Source: Bacteroidales bacterium (GTDB lineage Bacteria > Bacteroidota > Bacteroidia > Bacteroidales > VadinHA17). From it: DNA of 64,000 nt. Shown one piece after another: positions 48,172 through 57,375 of the stretch. The stretch spans positions 2,009 through 66,008 of the forward strand of contig JAXDBC010000074.1 of the NCBI GenBank assembly GCA_034679225.1, read 5' to 3'. Both the position numbers and the translations under genes were made by a program. Every line of letters begins with the position of its first letter. The stretch's first letter is position 1. A model generated the notes under the pieces. That model did no database searches, was not told where the DNA came from, and saw nothing but the letters and a program-made list of their open reading frames with translations.

Positions 48172-48438
48172 CTATTCAGTTTTCTTATCAGATGACTTCG
48201 GTTTCTTCATTATTGCCCATATCTCAAAAATGAATCCGATAAGGACTACAATGGGAGCAAGGGTAATTCTTCTGAAACTGAATATTTTGTCGCTGAACTC
48301 ATTCGGATCTTCCGATTTCCCCCCGAGCATAAGCAGAAATCCTGCCACTATTATTGCAAAACCAATACCAAGAAGCTTGTAGTTCTCAGGTCCCAGGGCA
48401 AAATTCAGCTTTTCCCTGTTTTCGTTTTTTAATGCCAT
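48172..48438 (-). CDS. Small two-TM membrane protein (DUF3098-like)
   Basis: 88 aa with two hydrophobic helices, positioned between ftsX and uppP as is common in Bacteroidota. Confidence 0.6.
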   Translation of the reverse strand: MALKNENREKLNFALGPENYKLLGIGFAIIVAGFLLMLGGKSEDPNEFSDKIFSFRRITLAPIVVLIGFIFEIWAIMKKPKSSDKKTE

Positions 48439-48441
48439 AAC

Positions 48442-49320
48442 TCAATTATATAGTTTATCTTCAGACATATCCAGGTAGCGGTTAACTGAAAAGTATGTCG
48501 AAACAATGTTGATCAGGATACCTGCCAGAACGAGAAAAACGCTCAGAACGATCAGGAGCTTTGCGCTCTCGAATGAAAAAAGCATAAGGAACTCCTTCTC
48601 TATCAGGTAAAGCAGCGCTATCAGGAGCAACATTGCTATCAGTGAGGCAAGAACACCATGATAGACACTCCGTACAAGGAAAGGTTTTCGTATAAACGAC
48701 CTTGTTGCCCCTACAAGCTGCATGGTTCTTATCAGGAAACGTTTTGAATAAATAGCCAGCCTGATGGTGTTGTTTATGATTGTTACCGCGATAAGAAAAA
48801 GGAATGAGCTGATGATCAGCAGAAAGATACTTATCTTCCTGACATTCTCATTTATAAGGTAGAGAAGAGAATCTTCATACCAAACCTCCTTCACAAAGGG
48901 ATATTCAAGAATGTACCTTTCAAACTTGCCCACGCTGTCGCGGTTTGTATAGCCTGCAAACAGGTAAACATCAATGGAAGGCGGCAGCGGATTGTCACCA
49001 AGGAAACTGATGAAATCCTCACCCATCTCTTCCTTCATTTTCACGGCTGCATCGTCGCGCGAAACATATTCAGTAGATTTCACATAGGGTTTTGCATCCA
49101 GATCCTTCTGAAGCATTCTTATGTCAGCTTCCCTTGCATCCTCATCCAGTATGACCGAAAAGGAAAGGCTTTCCCTGAAATAATCCGACAGTTCCTTTGC
49201 ATTTATGAGCACCAGACCCAGTATCCCCAAAAGAAAAAGCACCAGCGACACGCTGATCACCAGCGTCAGATAAGACCCTCCCAGGCGGGCTTTTGAAAAT
49301 CCTGATTCCTTGCTACTCAT
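48442..49320 (-). CDS. ftsX: FtsX-like cell division permease
   Basis: One N-terminal TM helix, an extracytoplasmic loop of about 100 aa, and three C-terminal TM helices containing MQLVGAT. Confidence 0.8.
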   Translation of the reverse strand: MSSKESGFSKARLGGSYLTLVISVSLVLFLLGILGLVLINAKELSDYFRESLSFSVILDEDAREADIRMLQKDLDAKPYVKSTEYVSRDDAAVKMKEEMGEDFISFLGDNPLPPSIDVYLFAGYTNRDSVGKFERYILEYPFVKEVWYEDSLLYLINENVRKISIFLLIISSFLFLIAVTIINNTIRLAIYSKRFLIRTMQLVGATRSFIRKPFLVRSVYHGVLASLIAMLLLIALLYLIEKEFLMLFSFESAKLLIVLSVFLVLAGILINIVSTYFSVNRYLDMSEDKLYN

Positions 49321-49338
49321 TTCCGACCGGCCGCCTGT

Positions 49339-50358
49339 TTATTCCACGATGGTGATCCAGCCGAATTCATCCTCAGCATCACCGTACTGAATGTTTACCA
49401 GCTTGTTGTAAAGCTTCATGGTAACCGGTCCGGGCTTGCCGTCCCTGCAGTATTCATAAACCTTGTTTTTGTCAGGATCGACAATCTTCGCGATGGGACT
49501 AATAACTGCTGCAGTGCCGCATGCGCCTGCTTCGGAGAACTCCGCCAGTTCCTCAACGGGAACCCTTCTGCGCTCTGTTTTTATTCCGAGCGAAGCAGCT
49601 ACCTCTAAAAGGCTCATGTTGGTTATCGATCGTAGTATCGATTCCGATTTCGGCGTTACGTATGTGTTGTCCTTTATTCCAAAGAAGTTTGCCGGACCGC
49701 ATTCATCAATGTACTTTTTCCTCTTTGCATCCAGAAAGATGGTGCTGGCAAAACCTCCGTGCTTTGCTTCCATTCCGGCTCTCAGGCTTGCAGCATAATT
49801 ACCCCCTACTTTAAAAATGCCGGTTCCCTTGGGAGCCGCCCTGTCGTAATTCCTGCATATCAGCATGTTTACGGGTTTGATGCCTCCCTTGAAATAGGGA
49901 CCTACCGGTGTTACAAATACAATGAATGTATATTCAGAAGCCGGCTTAACGCCAACCTCGGCACCGCTTCCATAAAGCAGGGGCCTGATGTAAAGGGATG
50001 CCCCTGAACCATAAGGGGGGATAAAACGCCTGTTAAGCTGAACAACCTTCATTATCGCTTCCCTGAACTTATCAAAAGGAAACTCTGCCATCATAATACC
50101 TCCGGCAGAAAAGGCAAACCTTCTCGCGTTCTCTTCCCACCTGAACAATCTTATTTTTCCGTCCTTGCCCATATAGGCCTTCATTCCCTCAAAAGCTTCC
50201 TGCCCGTAATGAAGGGCCGTGGCAGCAATGTGAATGTCAATATGTTCCGATTCGGAAACTTCAAGTTCACCCCATTTCCCGTCCCTGTAAAAGCAACGGA
50301 TATTGTAATCGGTCTTCATGTAGCCGAAAGGCAGATTTTTCCAGTCGAGATTCTCCAT
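49339..50358 (-). CDS. ilvE: Branched-chain amino acid aminotransferase
   Basis: Fold-type IV aminotransferase pattern: HYGQEAFEGMKAY, IRPLLYGSG, KVGGNYA, GACGTAAV. Confidence 0.9.
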   Translation of the reverse strand: MENLDWKNLPFGYMKTDYNIRCFYRDGKWGELEVSESEHIDIHIAATALHYGQEAFEGMKAYMGKDGKIRLFRWEENARRFAFSAGGIMMAEFPFDKFREAIMKVVQLNRRFIPPYGSGASLYIRPLLYGSGAEVGVKPASEYTFIVFVTPVGPYFKGGIKPVNMLICRNYDRAAPKGTGIFKVGGNYAASLRAGMEAKHGGFASTIFLDAKRKKYIDECGPANFFGIKDNTYVTPKSESILRSITNMSLLEVAASLGIKTERRRVPVEELAEFSEAGACGTAAVISPIAKIVDPDKNKVYEYCRDGKPGPVTMKLYNKLVNIQYGDAEDEFGWITIVE

Positions 50359-50426
50359 ATCAATCCTTTTTTAAATTCCAGGTAAAATTACACTATTATA
50401 ACCAATTTGCACATGATTTCCATCCT

Positions 50427-51953
50427 TTAATATACCTTCCCCCTGAGCCTGACGAGCTGCTCTTCGATCGACACGCTCCTCAGCAGCCGCCCTGTGCCGG
50501 TCAGAAAGTCGTGTTCGTAAATAAACTTCTCCTGTGCATCAATCCACTCACCAGGTTCTGTTTTTACTCCGTGCTCGTTCCTCTCCCTGAGTTCCTTCCA
50601 GCTTAACTTGACAAAGTCAACCCTTCCCAGGTAATCGTACCTTGCATCATGCAGGATCTTGTCTGAATCCGTTTCATACCTGTTTTCGAATGAGTTGATA
50701 ATGATCTCCCTGGCCCGATTTACAAAATGCTCGTCAAATCCGAAACCCTGAATGGTCTCTTCCATTATCCTGCACGATGCGGGTGCAGGATTTTCATACT
50801 CCCTGAAATACCCTGAAAGCAGGAAGACAGAAGCCAGCTTAAGGGGAACATAGTCCTCGGGCTGCATTTCTTCGGCAATGGCGAGCAACTCGGCCTGCGT
50901 TGCTACCCCCATGGCATACTGAGCGTTATGAAAATAAAGGTTTGGATGGGCCTCCTCAAGGTAAATCTTACCCGCTTTCTCTTCAAGATCCTGAAGCTTC
51001 ATTAGCTGCAGCATGAACCTGAACTTTTGATTGGGCATCCCGTTCTCTTCCCTGAGCTCCGGTAATATCCCCTTTACATAATACATGTCAAGCTCTCCCT
51101 TGTACTTCACGGGCATCTTCCCCCTGTATTCACATTCAAAGAAATCCTTTACAAATTCCCATGTCGTACCCGAAATGTTAATCTTACCCCCCACTCCCGA
51201 TGACTCCATCCGGCTTGCAATATTGACAGTATCACCCCATATATCATACGAAAGCTTTTTCTGACCCACCACTCCCGCGATTACAGTACCCGTGTGAATG
51301 CCTATTCTTATATCCCAATACTTAATACCTCTGCTCATCGATTCTTCCTTGAGCTTCTTCATATAATCCTGCATCTCAAGAGCCGCCATCACCACTTCAA
51401 CCGGATTGGTCCTGTTCTTTTCAGGTATGCCGCCGGCACACATATAGGCATCCCCGATTGTCTTTATCTTTTCAATGCGGTATTTTTCGACCACCGAATC
51501 AAAATGAAAAAAGAACTTGTCGAGCTCGTCAATCAATACCTCCGGGTTCATCTCTTCAGCAATCTGCGTAAAGCCCTGAATATCTGAAAATAACACTGTA
51601 ACAAAATTGTACCTCGTCTTGGAAACCTTCCCTCCGGCCATCAGTTCTCCTGCTGTATCCTTTGGAAGCACATTGGCCAGAAGAGCCTCAGTTTTTTCAT
51701 TTATCTTTTTAATATCCTCGTTCTTTTTTGATATTATCTTCTCCAGATCCTCCTGCTTTTTCCTGAACTTTCTTTCAAGAAGACGGTAGAAAATGTATTG
51801 CATTAAAAGAAGAATTACTACCCCGGCTATCAGCACAGGAATACTGAGCCTTATGCCGGCGGAATCATCCGAAGCGGCAAAAGCAGGAACTGAAAGCAAT
51901 GCTGTAACAGTCATCATGCAGAATGACAGGCTCAACTTCTTCATTAACAGCAT
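50427..51953 (-). CDS. Membrane-anchored class III adenylate cyclase with a degenerate C-terminal HD-like domain
   Basis: Two N-terminal hydrophobic helices and a coiled coil. The cyclase motifs are canonical: VTVLFSDIQGFT, IEKIKTIGDAYMCAGG, SYDIWGDTVNIASRMES (the Lys/Asp pair suggests ATP). The C-terminal domain is homologous to the HD domain of the 55152-56528 paralog, but the metal ligands are replaced (HNAQYAM, FLLSGY). Confidence 0.8.
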   Translation of the reverse strand: MLLMKKLSLSFCMMTVTALLSVPAFAASDDSAGIRLSIPVLIAGVVILLLMQYIFYRLLERKFRKKQEDLEKIISKKNEDIKKINEKTEALLANVLPKDTAGELMAGGKVSKTRYNFVTVLFSDIQGFTQIAEEMNPEVLIDELDKFFFHFDSVVEKYRIEKIKTIGDAYMCAGGIPEKNRTNPVEVVMAALEMQDYMKKLKEESMSRGIKYWDIRIGIHTGTVIAGVVGQKKLSYDIWGDTVNIASRMESSGVGGKINISGTTWEFVKDFFECEYRGKMPVKYKGELDMYYVKGILPELREENGMPNQKFRFMLQLMKLQDLEEKAGKIYLEEAHPNLYFHNAQYAMGVATQAELLAIAEEMQPEDYVPLKLASVFLLSGYFREYENPAPASCRIMEETIQGFGFDEHFVNRAREIIINSFENRYETDSDKILHDARYDYLGRVDFVKLSWKELRERNEHGVKTEPGEWIDAQEKFIYEHDFLTGTGRLLRSVSIEEQLVRLRGKVY

Positions 51954-52083
51954 TTACCTTTTGGCCTATTAAAACGTTTTCAAATTTATGATTTAACTTT
52001 ATTAACGCCAAACTTTAGATGCCATTGTGATATTCAGGAACTTTCGGCACTTTTATTAAATTAGCCCTAAAAATTACAGCCGG

Positions 52084-52689
52084 ATGGAGATTGTATTTGC
52101 ATCGAACAACCTGAATAAAATCAGGGAAATAAATAATGCCCTTGGAAATAGCTTTAAGCTGTTAAGCCTCAAGGATATCGACATGGATGAAGATATCCCT
52201 GAGAACGAAGCAACTCTCGAAGGCAATGCCCTGATTAAGGCCAGGTTCATTCACAATGCCACTGGGATGAATGTCTTTGCCGATGATACAGGCCTCGAAA
52301 CCGAGGCTCTGAATGGAGATCCGGGAGTGCATTCAGCCCGCTTTGCCGGGGAAAACAAGGATTCCGAAGCCAATATCGACAAGCTCCTTGCCCTGCTCGA
52401 AAAGAAAACCAGCCGCAAAGCCAGATTCAGAACAGTAATTGCACTCATCCTCGATGGAAAAGAGCATCTTTTCGAAGGAACGGTGGCAGGAGAAATAATC
52501 ACCGAAAGAAGAGGCAAAATGGGATTCGGGTATGATCCCGTGTTCCTGCCTGAAGGAAGAAAGCTGACCTTTGCTGAAATGGACCTTGATGAAAAGAACA
52601 AAATTTCACACAGGGCCAGGGCCTTTGCCGGCCTGAAAGCATTCCTTTCCGAATATGCTTCAGAGAAAAAAATCGACTCCATATTATAA
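52084..52689 (+). CDS. rdgB: Non-canonical purine NTP pyrophosphatase (RdgB/HAM1 family)
   Basis: VFASNNLNKIREI, EATLEGNALIKA, DDTGLE, GFGYDPVF and ISHRARA motifs. Confidence 0.9.
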   Translation: MEIVFASNNLNKIREINNALGNSFKLLSLKDIDMDEDIPENEATLEGNALIKARFIHNATGMNVFADDTGLETEALNGDPGVHSARFAGENKDSEANIDKLLALLEKKTSRKARFRTVIALILDGKEHLFEGTVAGEIITERRGKMGFGYDPVFLPEGRKLTFAEMDLDEKNKISHRARAFAGLKAFLSEYASEKKIDSIL

Positions 52690-52759
52690 TAAATGAATGA
52701 TGAAACCCACATGTGTCAAATGAAAGCGGCTCGCGGCGTGCGGTCTGCACCTTGAGTTG

Positions 52760-52829
52760 CCCTGTGCCCTGTGCCCTGTGCCCTGAGCCCTGTGCCCTGT
52801 GCCCTGTGCCCTGTGCCCTGAGCCCTGTG
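52760..52829. repeat. Tandem heptamer array (CCCTGTG)n of 10 units, with units 4 and 9 being CCCTGAG, plus a degenerate 11th unit
   Basis: Counted directly from the sequence. It lies in the rdgB to PorZ-like intergenic gap and ends 45 nt before the ATG at 52875. Confidence 0.95.
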
Positions 52830-52874
52830 CCTTACGTCTGTGTTACACATTATTAAAATAAAAGTTATATTAAG

Positions 52875-55151
52875 ATGAGGAACCTGTTGTCAATAACAGT
52901 AGCGGTTTTCATCCTGTTCAGGCTGAACGGCCAGGCACCCCCCGGTACCTGGACCGACCGGCTGAGCTACAACTCTGCTACAGGCATTGCAGGCAATTCA
53001 GATATTATTTATGCATCAACCGGAACTTCAATAATGGTTCATGAAGCCGGTATGAATGAACTCAGGAAACTGTCACCCGTAAGCGGCCTTTCCGAAACGG
53101 GAATTGCTGCCATTGAATGGTCAGAGGAAAACAAGACTCTCGTGATTGCATATAACAGCCTGAACCTTGACCTTGTAAAAGGAAATAAAATTGAAAATAT
53201 ACCCGACATCAGGAACCACTTCCCCGGTATCAGGAAAAAAATCAACAGAATCAGGACAAACGAACAATTTGCCTGCCTGGCTTCCGGATATGGCATCATA
53301 GTTGCCGATATCTCCAGGAAAGAGATCCGCGATACATGGAAACCCGGTCAGGACGAGGGCGACAATGAGGTCTTCGATCTTGCCTTCGGCAATGGTTCTG
53401 TTTACGCCGCAACATCCAATGGTTTGTGGCAGGCTGATATTCAAAACCAGGGACTGGCATACCCGGGTAACTGGCGGAGAGTAACCGGAATGCCTGAGTC
53501 AACCTGCAACCTGCTTGTCTTTTCTGACGGAACTCTTTACTGCAACTTCCCGGGTGAAGCAGCCGGTGACATTGTATATGCAGTAAACGAAGGAGCTTCC
53601 GTTTTTTCCCAATCGCCCGGAACAACCAACAGATCAATGGATACTGCTCCCGGGGGATTTACCATTTCTTCATCCCGCTCACTCAGATACTATAATTCCC
53701 GGGGATTGCTTATCAGGGAAATAGATTCCTACGGCTGGGGGCAGCCAGACATCTTCCAGGCAATGATCTCAGGATCTGACATATGGATAGCCGACAGGGC
53801 ACTTGGCATAATACATGGAAAAAACATGGCTGATTTTGCCAGACTGCCGGTTTCCGGACCTGCCTCAAACAAAGTGGCAATGATTGCCTCAGAGGGAGGC
53901 AAAACAATTATATGCCCGGGAGGGATATCCGGTTCATATGCGGGCCTGAAGATTCCTTTTAATGTTTCAGTCCATGACGGGCAGAAATTTGAAATCATTT
54001 CATCCGATATCCATACTGATGCAATGAGAGCAGTAAGCGATCCCTCAGATCCTTCGGTATTTTTCGTATCATCCTGGGGAGGAGGCTTGTTCCGCTATAA
54101 AAACAACAGAGCCGATAAGATATACGACGCTTCAAATTCCCCTCTTCAGGAATCAGGAGCACCGGGAGAAACAAGGGTGCTTGGTCTTGCTTTTGACAGA
54201 TCAGGAAACCTGTGGGTGACACAAGCTGATGTCAGGGAAAAAATCAAAATACTGAAGCCCGACGGTAACTGGATCAGCTATCCCCGGATTATTGACTCCC
54301 CCCTTGCAGGCGATCTGATATCAACTTCAAAAGGCCAGATCTGGATCATCCTTCCCGGAGGCTATGGATTATTCATTATCGACGACAACGGAACACCTGA
54401 TATTTACACCGACGACCTCACCAGGAGGCTGACAATAAGCGACAGCGACAACAGGATATTCGGTTCCGCCTTCGCCCTTGCCGAGGATCTCGATGGAAAC
54501 ATCTGGGTCGGCACTGACCAGGGTCCGGTAATCTATCACAATCCTGAGCGGATTTTTGACAGCGATGTAAGGGGAAGCAGGATCAGGGTGCCGAGAAACG
54601 ACGGATCGGGACTGGCCGACTACATGCTCGGTAAAGAAACAATAACCTCAATATCGGTTGACGGTGCGAACAGGAAGTGGCTTGGAACCTCAAACTCCGG
54701 AGCCTATCTCCTTTCAGCCGACGGCACTCAGGTCCTGAAGAATTACAATGCCTTCAACAGTCCTCTTTTCTCCGACTCAATAGCTTCCATTGCCATTGAC
54801 CAGGTTTCCGGCGAGGTATGGCTCGGCACCTCCGAAGGGACTCTTTCAATAAGGGAAACTGCAACTTCGGGAAAAGCTTCATTCAGCAAGGTCTATTCAT
54901 TCCCGAATCCTGTCAGGGAGGACTTCACAGGCAATGTAACCATTACCGGACTGATGAGGGATACAGAGATTAAGATAACCGATATCAGCGGAAACCTGGT
55001 TTACGAGACGATCTCCGAAGGAGGACAGGCATCGTGGGACTTGACCACCTATAACGGCAGGAGGGTACGATCGGGGGTTTATCTTGTATTTTGTGCCGCG
55101 GGCGACGGTTCCGAATCGTGCATCACAAGGATACTTGTAATATCAAGATGA
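52875..55151 (+). CDS. porZ: PorZ-like T9SS protein: double beta-propeller (two-component-regulator propeller repeats) with a type-A C-terminal sorting domain
   Basis: Signal peptide. Repeated Reg_prop-like motifs (IWIADRALGI, NLWVTQAD, IWVGTDQGPVIY, KWLGTSNSGAYLL, VWLGTSEGTLSI). C-terminus FPNPVREDFTGNVTITGL..ITDISGNLVYE..WDLTTYNGRRVRSGVYLVF. Size (758 aa) and architecture match PorZ, but the symbol is tentative. Confidence 0.6.
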   Translation: MRNLLSITVAVFILFRLNGQAPPGTWTDRLSYNSATGIAGNSDIIYASTGTSIMVHEAGMNELRKLSPVSGLSETGIAAIEWSEENKTLVIAYNSLNLDLVKGNKIENIPDIRNHFPGIRKKINRIRTNEQFACLASGYGIIVADISRKEIRDTWKPGQDEGDNEVFDLAFGNGSVYAATSNGLWQADIQNQGLAYPGNWRRVTGMPESTCNLLVFSDGTLYCNFPGEAAGDIVYAVNEGASVFSQSPGTTNRSMDTAPGGFTISSSRSLRYYNSRGLLIREIDSYGWGQPDIFQAMISGSDIWIADRALGIIHGKNMADFARLPVSGPASNKVAMIASEGGKTIICPGGISGSYAGLKIPFNVSVHDGQKFEIISSDIHTDAMRAVSDPSDPSVFFVSSWGGGLFRYKNNRADKIYDASNSPLQESGAPGETRVLGLAFDRSGNLWVTQADVREKIKILKPDGNWISYPRIIDSPLAGDLISTSKGQIWIILPGGYGLFIIDDNGTPDIYTDDLTRRLTISDSDNRIFGSAFALAEDLDGNIWVGTDQGPVIYHNPERIFDSDVRGSRIRVPRNDGSGLADYMLGKETITSISVDGANRKWLGTSNSGAYLLSADGTQVLKNYNAFNSPLFSDSIASIAIDQVSGEVWLGTSEGTLSIRETATSGKASFSKVYSFPNPVREDFTGNVTITGLMRDTEIKITDISGNLVYETISEGGQASWDLTTYNGRRVRSGVYLVFCAAGDGSESCITRILVISR

Positions 55152-56528
55152 TCAGTCCTTTATAAGGCTCCTGATCCTCTCTGTCTGAAGCTTCTTGTTT
55201 ACCTCCCTGAGTCGCCTTGCAGTCTGTGTAAAATACTGGTGCCCCGAAATAAATTTCACCTGAAGCTTGTTCCATTCATTCAGATCCTTCATCTTGTTCT
55301 GTGCCTTAAGCTCCTCGAAAAGGCTGTTTGACACCGGTATGAAATCGCTTCTCCCGAGATAGTCCAGATCCGAGTCACATATTATTTCCTCCAGAAGATT
55401 CGAAGGCCTGGGCGGCAGCTTGGTTGCCATAATAATGGAACATATCCTGTCTATCTGTTCAGCTGTATAACCGTAATCAGGAAGTACCTTCCTTGCGTAC
55501 TCCGTTCCGTGAAATTCATGGTCATCGAACGAAACGGTTATACCGGTGTCGTGAAACAGGGCAGCCGTCTTGAGAAGAAGTATCTCCTCATCGGAGCATC
55601 CTTCTGCCCAGCCTATCAGCTCGACCTCTGTCACCACATCAACCGTGTGCTTGACATTGTGATAAAACACAAAGTCAGGAAGCTCTTTTTCAAGTTTGTC
55701 GAGGACCATCTCCTGAAGGTCGGTGAACTGGATCAGTCCGAACTTGATCCTGAACGAGTCGTTGGGATAGATCCCCCTGCCTTCGGCCGAGAATTCGGGC
55801 TTCAATCCCCTTACCCTGTAAACCAGAAGATCATCCTTGTATTTAACAGGAAGCCTGCCATAATACTCAGTGTCAAAAAACTCCTTCACCAGTTCATAGG
55901 TCATAACGGATATCAGTATCGAGCCGTTTCCCGAAAGTGAACCCAGTCTGCTTGCATTGTGAACCGTGTCACCCTTTATGTCGTAGCTGATCTTTTTCCG
56001 GCCCGATACAGTGGCCGTGACCGGTCCGGTATGGATACCTATCTTAAGGTCCCACATCCTTTGTTCCCCTCCCCTCTTTTCCGTCTCATATCTATCGAGC
56101 ACATTCCGCATCTCCATTGCGGCCATTACAACTTCCACGGGGTTTGTTATATTTTTCACAGGAATGCCCCCTGCGCACATAAAGGTGTCGCCGATCGTTT
56201 TGATCCTCTCAATCTTGTATTTAGCCGCTATCGAACCGAACTCAAAGAAGATCTCATCCAGTTCATCCATTACAAGCGCCGAATCGGTTCCTTCAAATGT
56301 TTTCCCCAATCGCTGAATTTCGGCGAACAGGATGGTCACCATATTGAATTTCAATGATTCTTCAGTTGCCGGCTCACCTTCCTGTATTTCTGTCTTGCGC
56401 TTTTCTAGCCGAGCTGACAGCCTTTCATTCTCCTTCTCAAGCTTCCGTATCTTCTCCTCAAGCTCCTGGTTGAGCCTTGCAAGCTTTGCAACACGCCTTA
56501 CTAACTCTTCATTCCCTGATGATGTCAT
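55152..56528 (-). CDS. Cytoplasmic coiled-coil protein with a degenerate class III cyclase domain and an intact HD phosphohydrolase domain
   Basis: N-terminal coiled coil (LARLNQELEEKIRKLEKENERLSARLEKRK). The cyclase-homology domain has the first metal Asp and the GFT replaced (ILFAEIQRLGK) and a shifted Asn/Arg block (GDTVHNASRLGS). The HD motifs are intact: HNVKHTVDVV, LFHDTG, CDSDLDYLGR. Confidence 0.8.
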   Translation of the reverse strand: MTSSGNEELVRRVAKLARLNQELEEKIRKLEKENERLSARLEKRKTEIQEGEPATEESLKFNMVTILFAEIQRLGKTFEGTDSALVMDELDEIFFEFGSIAAKYKIERIKTIGDTFMCAGGIPVKNITNPVEVVMAAMEMRNVLDRYETEKRGGEQRMWDLKIGIHTGPVTATVSGRKKISYDIKGDTVHNASRLGSLSGNGSILISVMTYELVKEFFDTEYYGRLPVKYKDDLLVYRVRGLKPEFSAEGRGIYPNDSFRIKFGLIQFTDLQEMVLDKLEKELPDFVFYHNVKHTVDVVTEVELIGWAEGCSDEEILLLKTAALFHDTGITVSFDDHEFHGTEYARKVLPDYGYTAEQIDRICSIIMATKLPPRPSNLLEEIICDSDLDYLGRSDFIPVSNSLFEELKAQNKMKDLNEWNKLQVKFISGHQYFTQTARRLREVNKKLQTERIRSLIKD

Positions 56529-56586
56529 AATGGTAGGATTGACAGGTAAATATAATAATTTTAAATTTGAGCCATTAAAATCCGCG

Positions 56587-57312
56587 ATGCTTCAAAAGAC
56601 AACAGGTATAATACTTCATCAGATCAAATACACCGACTCGGGGGTGATAGTGCAGTTCTATACCCGGGATTTCGGGCGGCAACCGGTATTGGTCAGGGGG
56701 TTGAACAACAGGAAATCGGGCAGGCAAAACGCCCTCTTTCAGCCTATGTCAATCCTGAATATAGTAATGTATTTCAAGGAGTCGCGGGAAGTCCAGCTGC
56801 TTAAGGATTTTTCGGTTGCCCATGCACCTGCCCGGATATATTCCGACATCAGGAAAAGCTGCATTGCCGTCTTCCTTTCCGAGATCCTGTCGTCGGTACT
56901 CAGGGAGGAGAGTTCCAATCATGAGCTTTTTGACTATCTCGAACAATCTATAAAATATCTCGACGAATGTGAAGAGCGTTTTTCAAATTTTCACATTGCT
57001 TTCCTTACCGGCCTCTCCGCCTATCTTGGATTCGAACCTGGCAGAAGGGACGATCCGTCAAAGAAATATTTCGACCTCAGGAATGGCAGTTTCGTGATCC
57101 TCCCTCCTACTCACCCTGACTACTGCGAAGCTCATATAACGGAAATCCTGGCCCGGTTCTTCAGTGCTTCCTTCAATGAAATGCTTGATATTCCGCTTAC
57201 AGGCAAACTCAGAAATGAAGTGCTTGAGACATTGGTAAAATATTTCGGGATTCACCTGCCACTGCTGAAAAAAGTGAACTCAACAGAAATCCTGAGAGAA
57301 ATTTTCAGATGA
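56587..57312 (+). CDS. recO: DNA repair protein RecO
   Basis: An OB-fold N-terminus (TGIILHQIKYTDSGVIVQFYTRDFGRQ) and a length of 242 aa fit RecO. The tracked start at 56332 would run antisense through the neighbouring cyclase gene. Confidence 0.8.
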   Translation: MLQKTTGIILHQIKYTDSGVIVQFYTRDFGRQPVLVRGLNNRKSGRQNALFQPMSILNIVMYFKESREVQLLKDFSVAHAPARIYSDIRKSCIAVFLSEILSSVLREESSNHELFDYLEQSIKYLDECEERFSNFHIAFLTGLSAYLGFEPGRRDDPSKKYFDLRNGSFVILPPTHPDYCEAHITEILARFFSASFNEMLDIPLTGKLRNEVLETLVKYFGIHLPLLKKVNSTEILREIFR

Positions 57313-57375
57313 CTCCCGGATTAGCTATGGAAATCTTTTCTCTATCTTTAAGCCTTAAACAGGTCCTCATTGCAA

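Noticed and set aside
52760-52829. Heptamer arrays considered as CRISPR arrays
   Set aside because: The units are 7 bp and contiguous with no spacers, and no cas genes are in the window. They are microsatellite-type tandem repeats, not CRISPR.
56332-56586. N-terminal 85-aa extension of the recO ORF
   Set aside because: The extension runs antisense through the 5' end of the cyclase/HD gene and encodes low-complexity Ser/Phe sequence. RecO-like sequence begins at the ATG at 56587.
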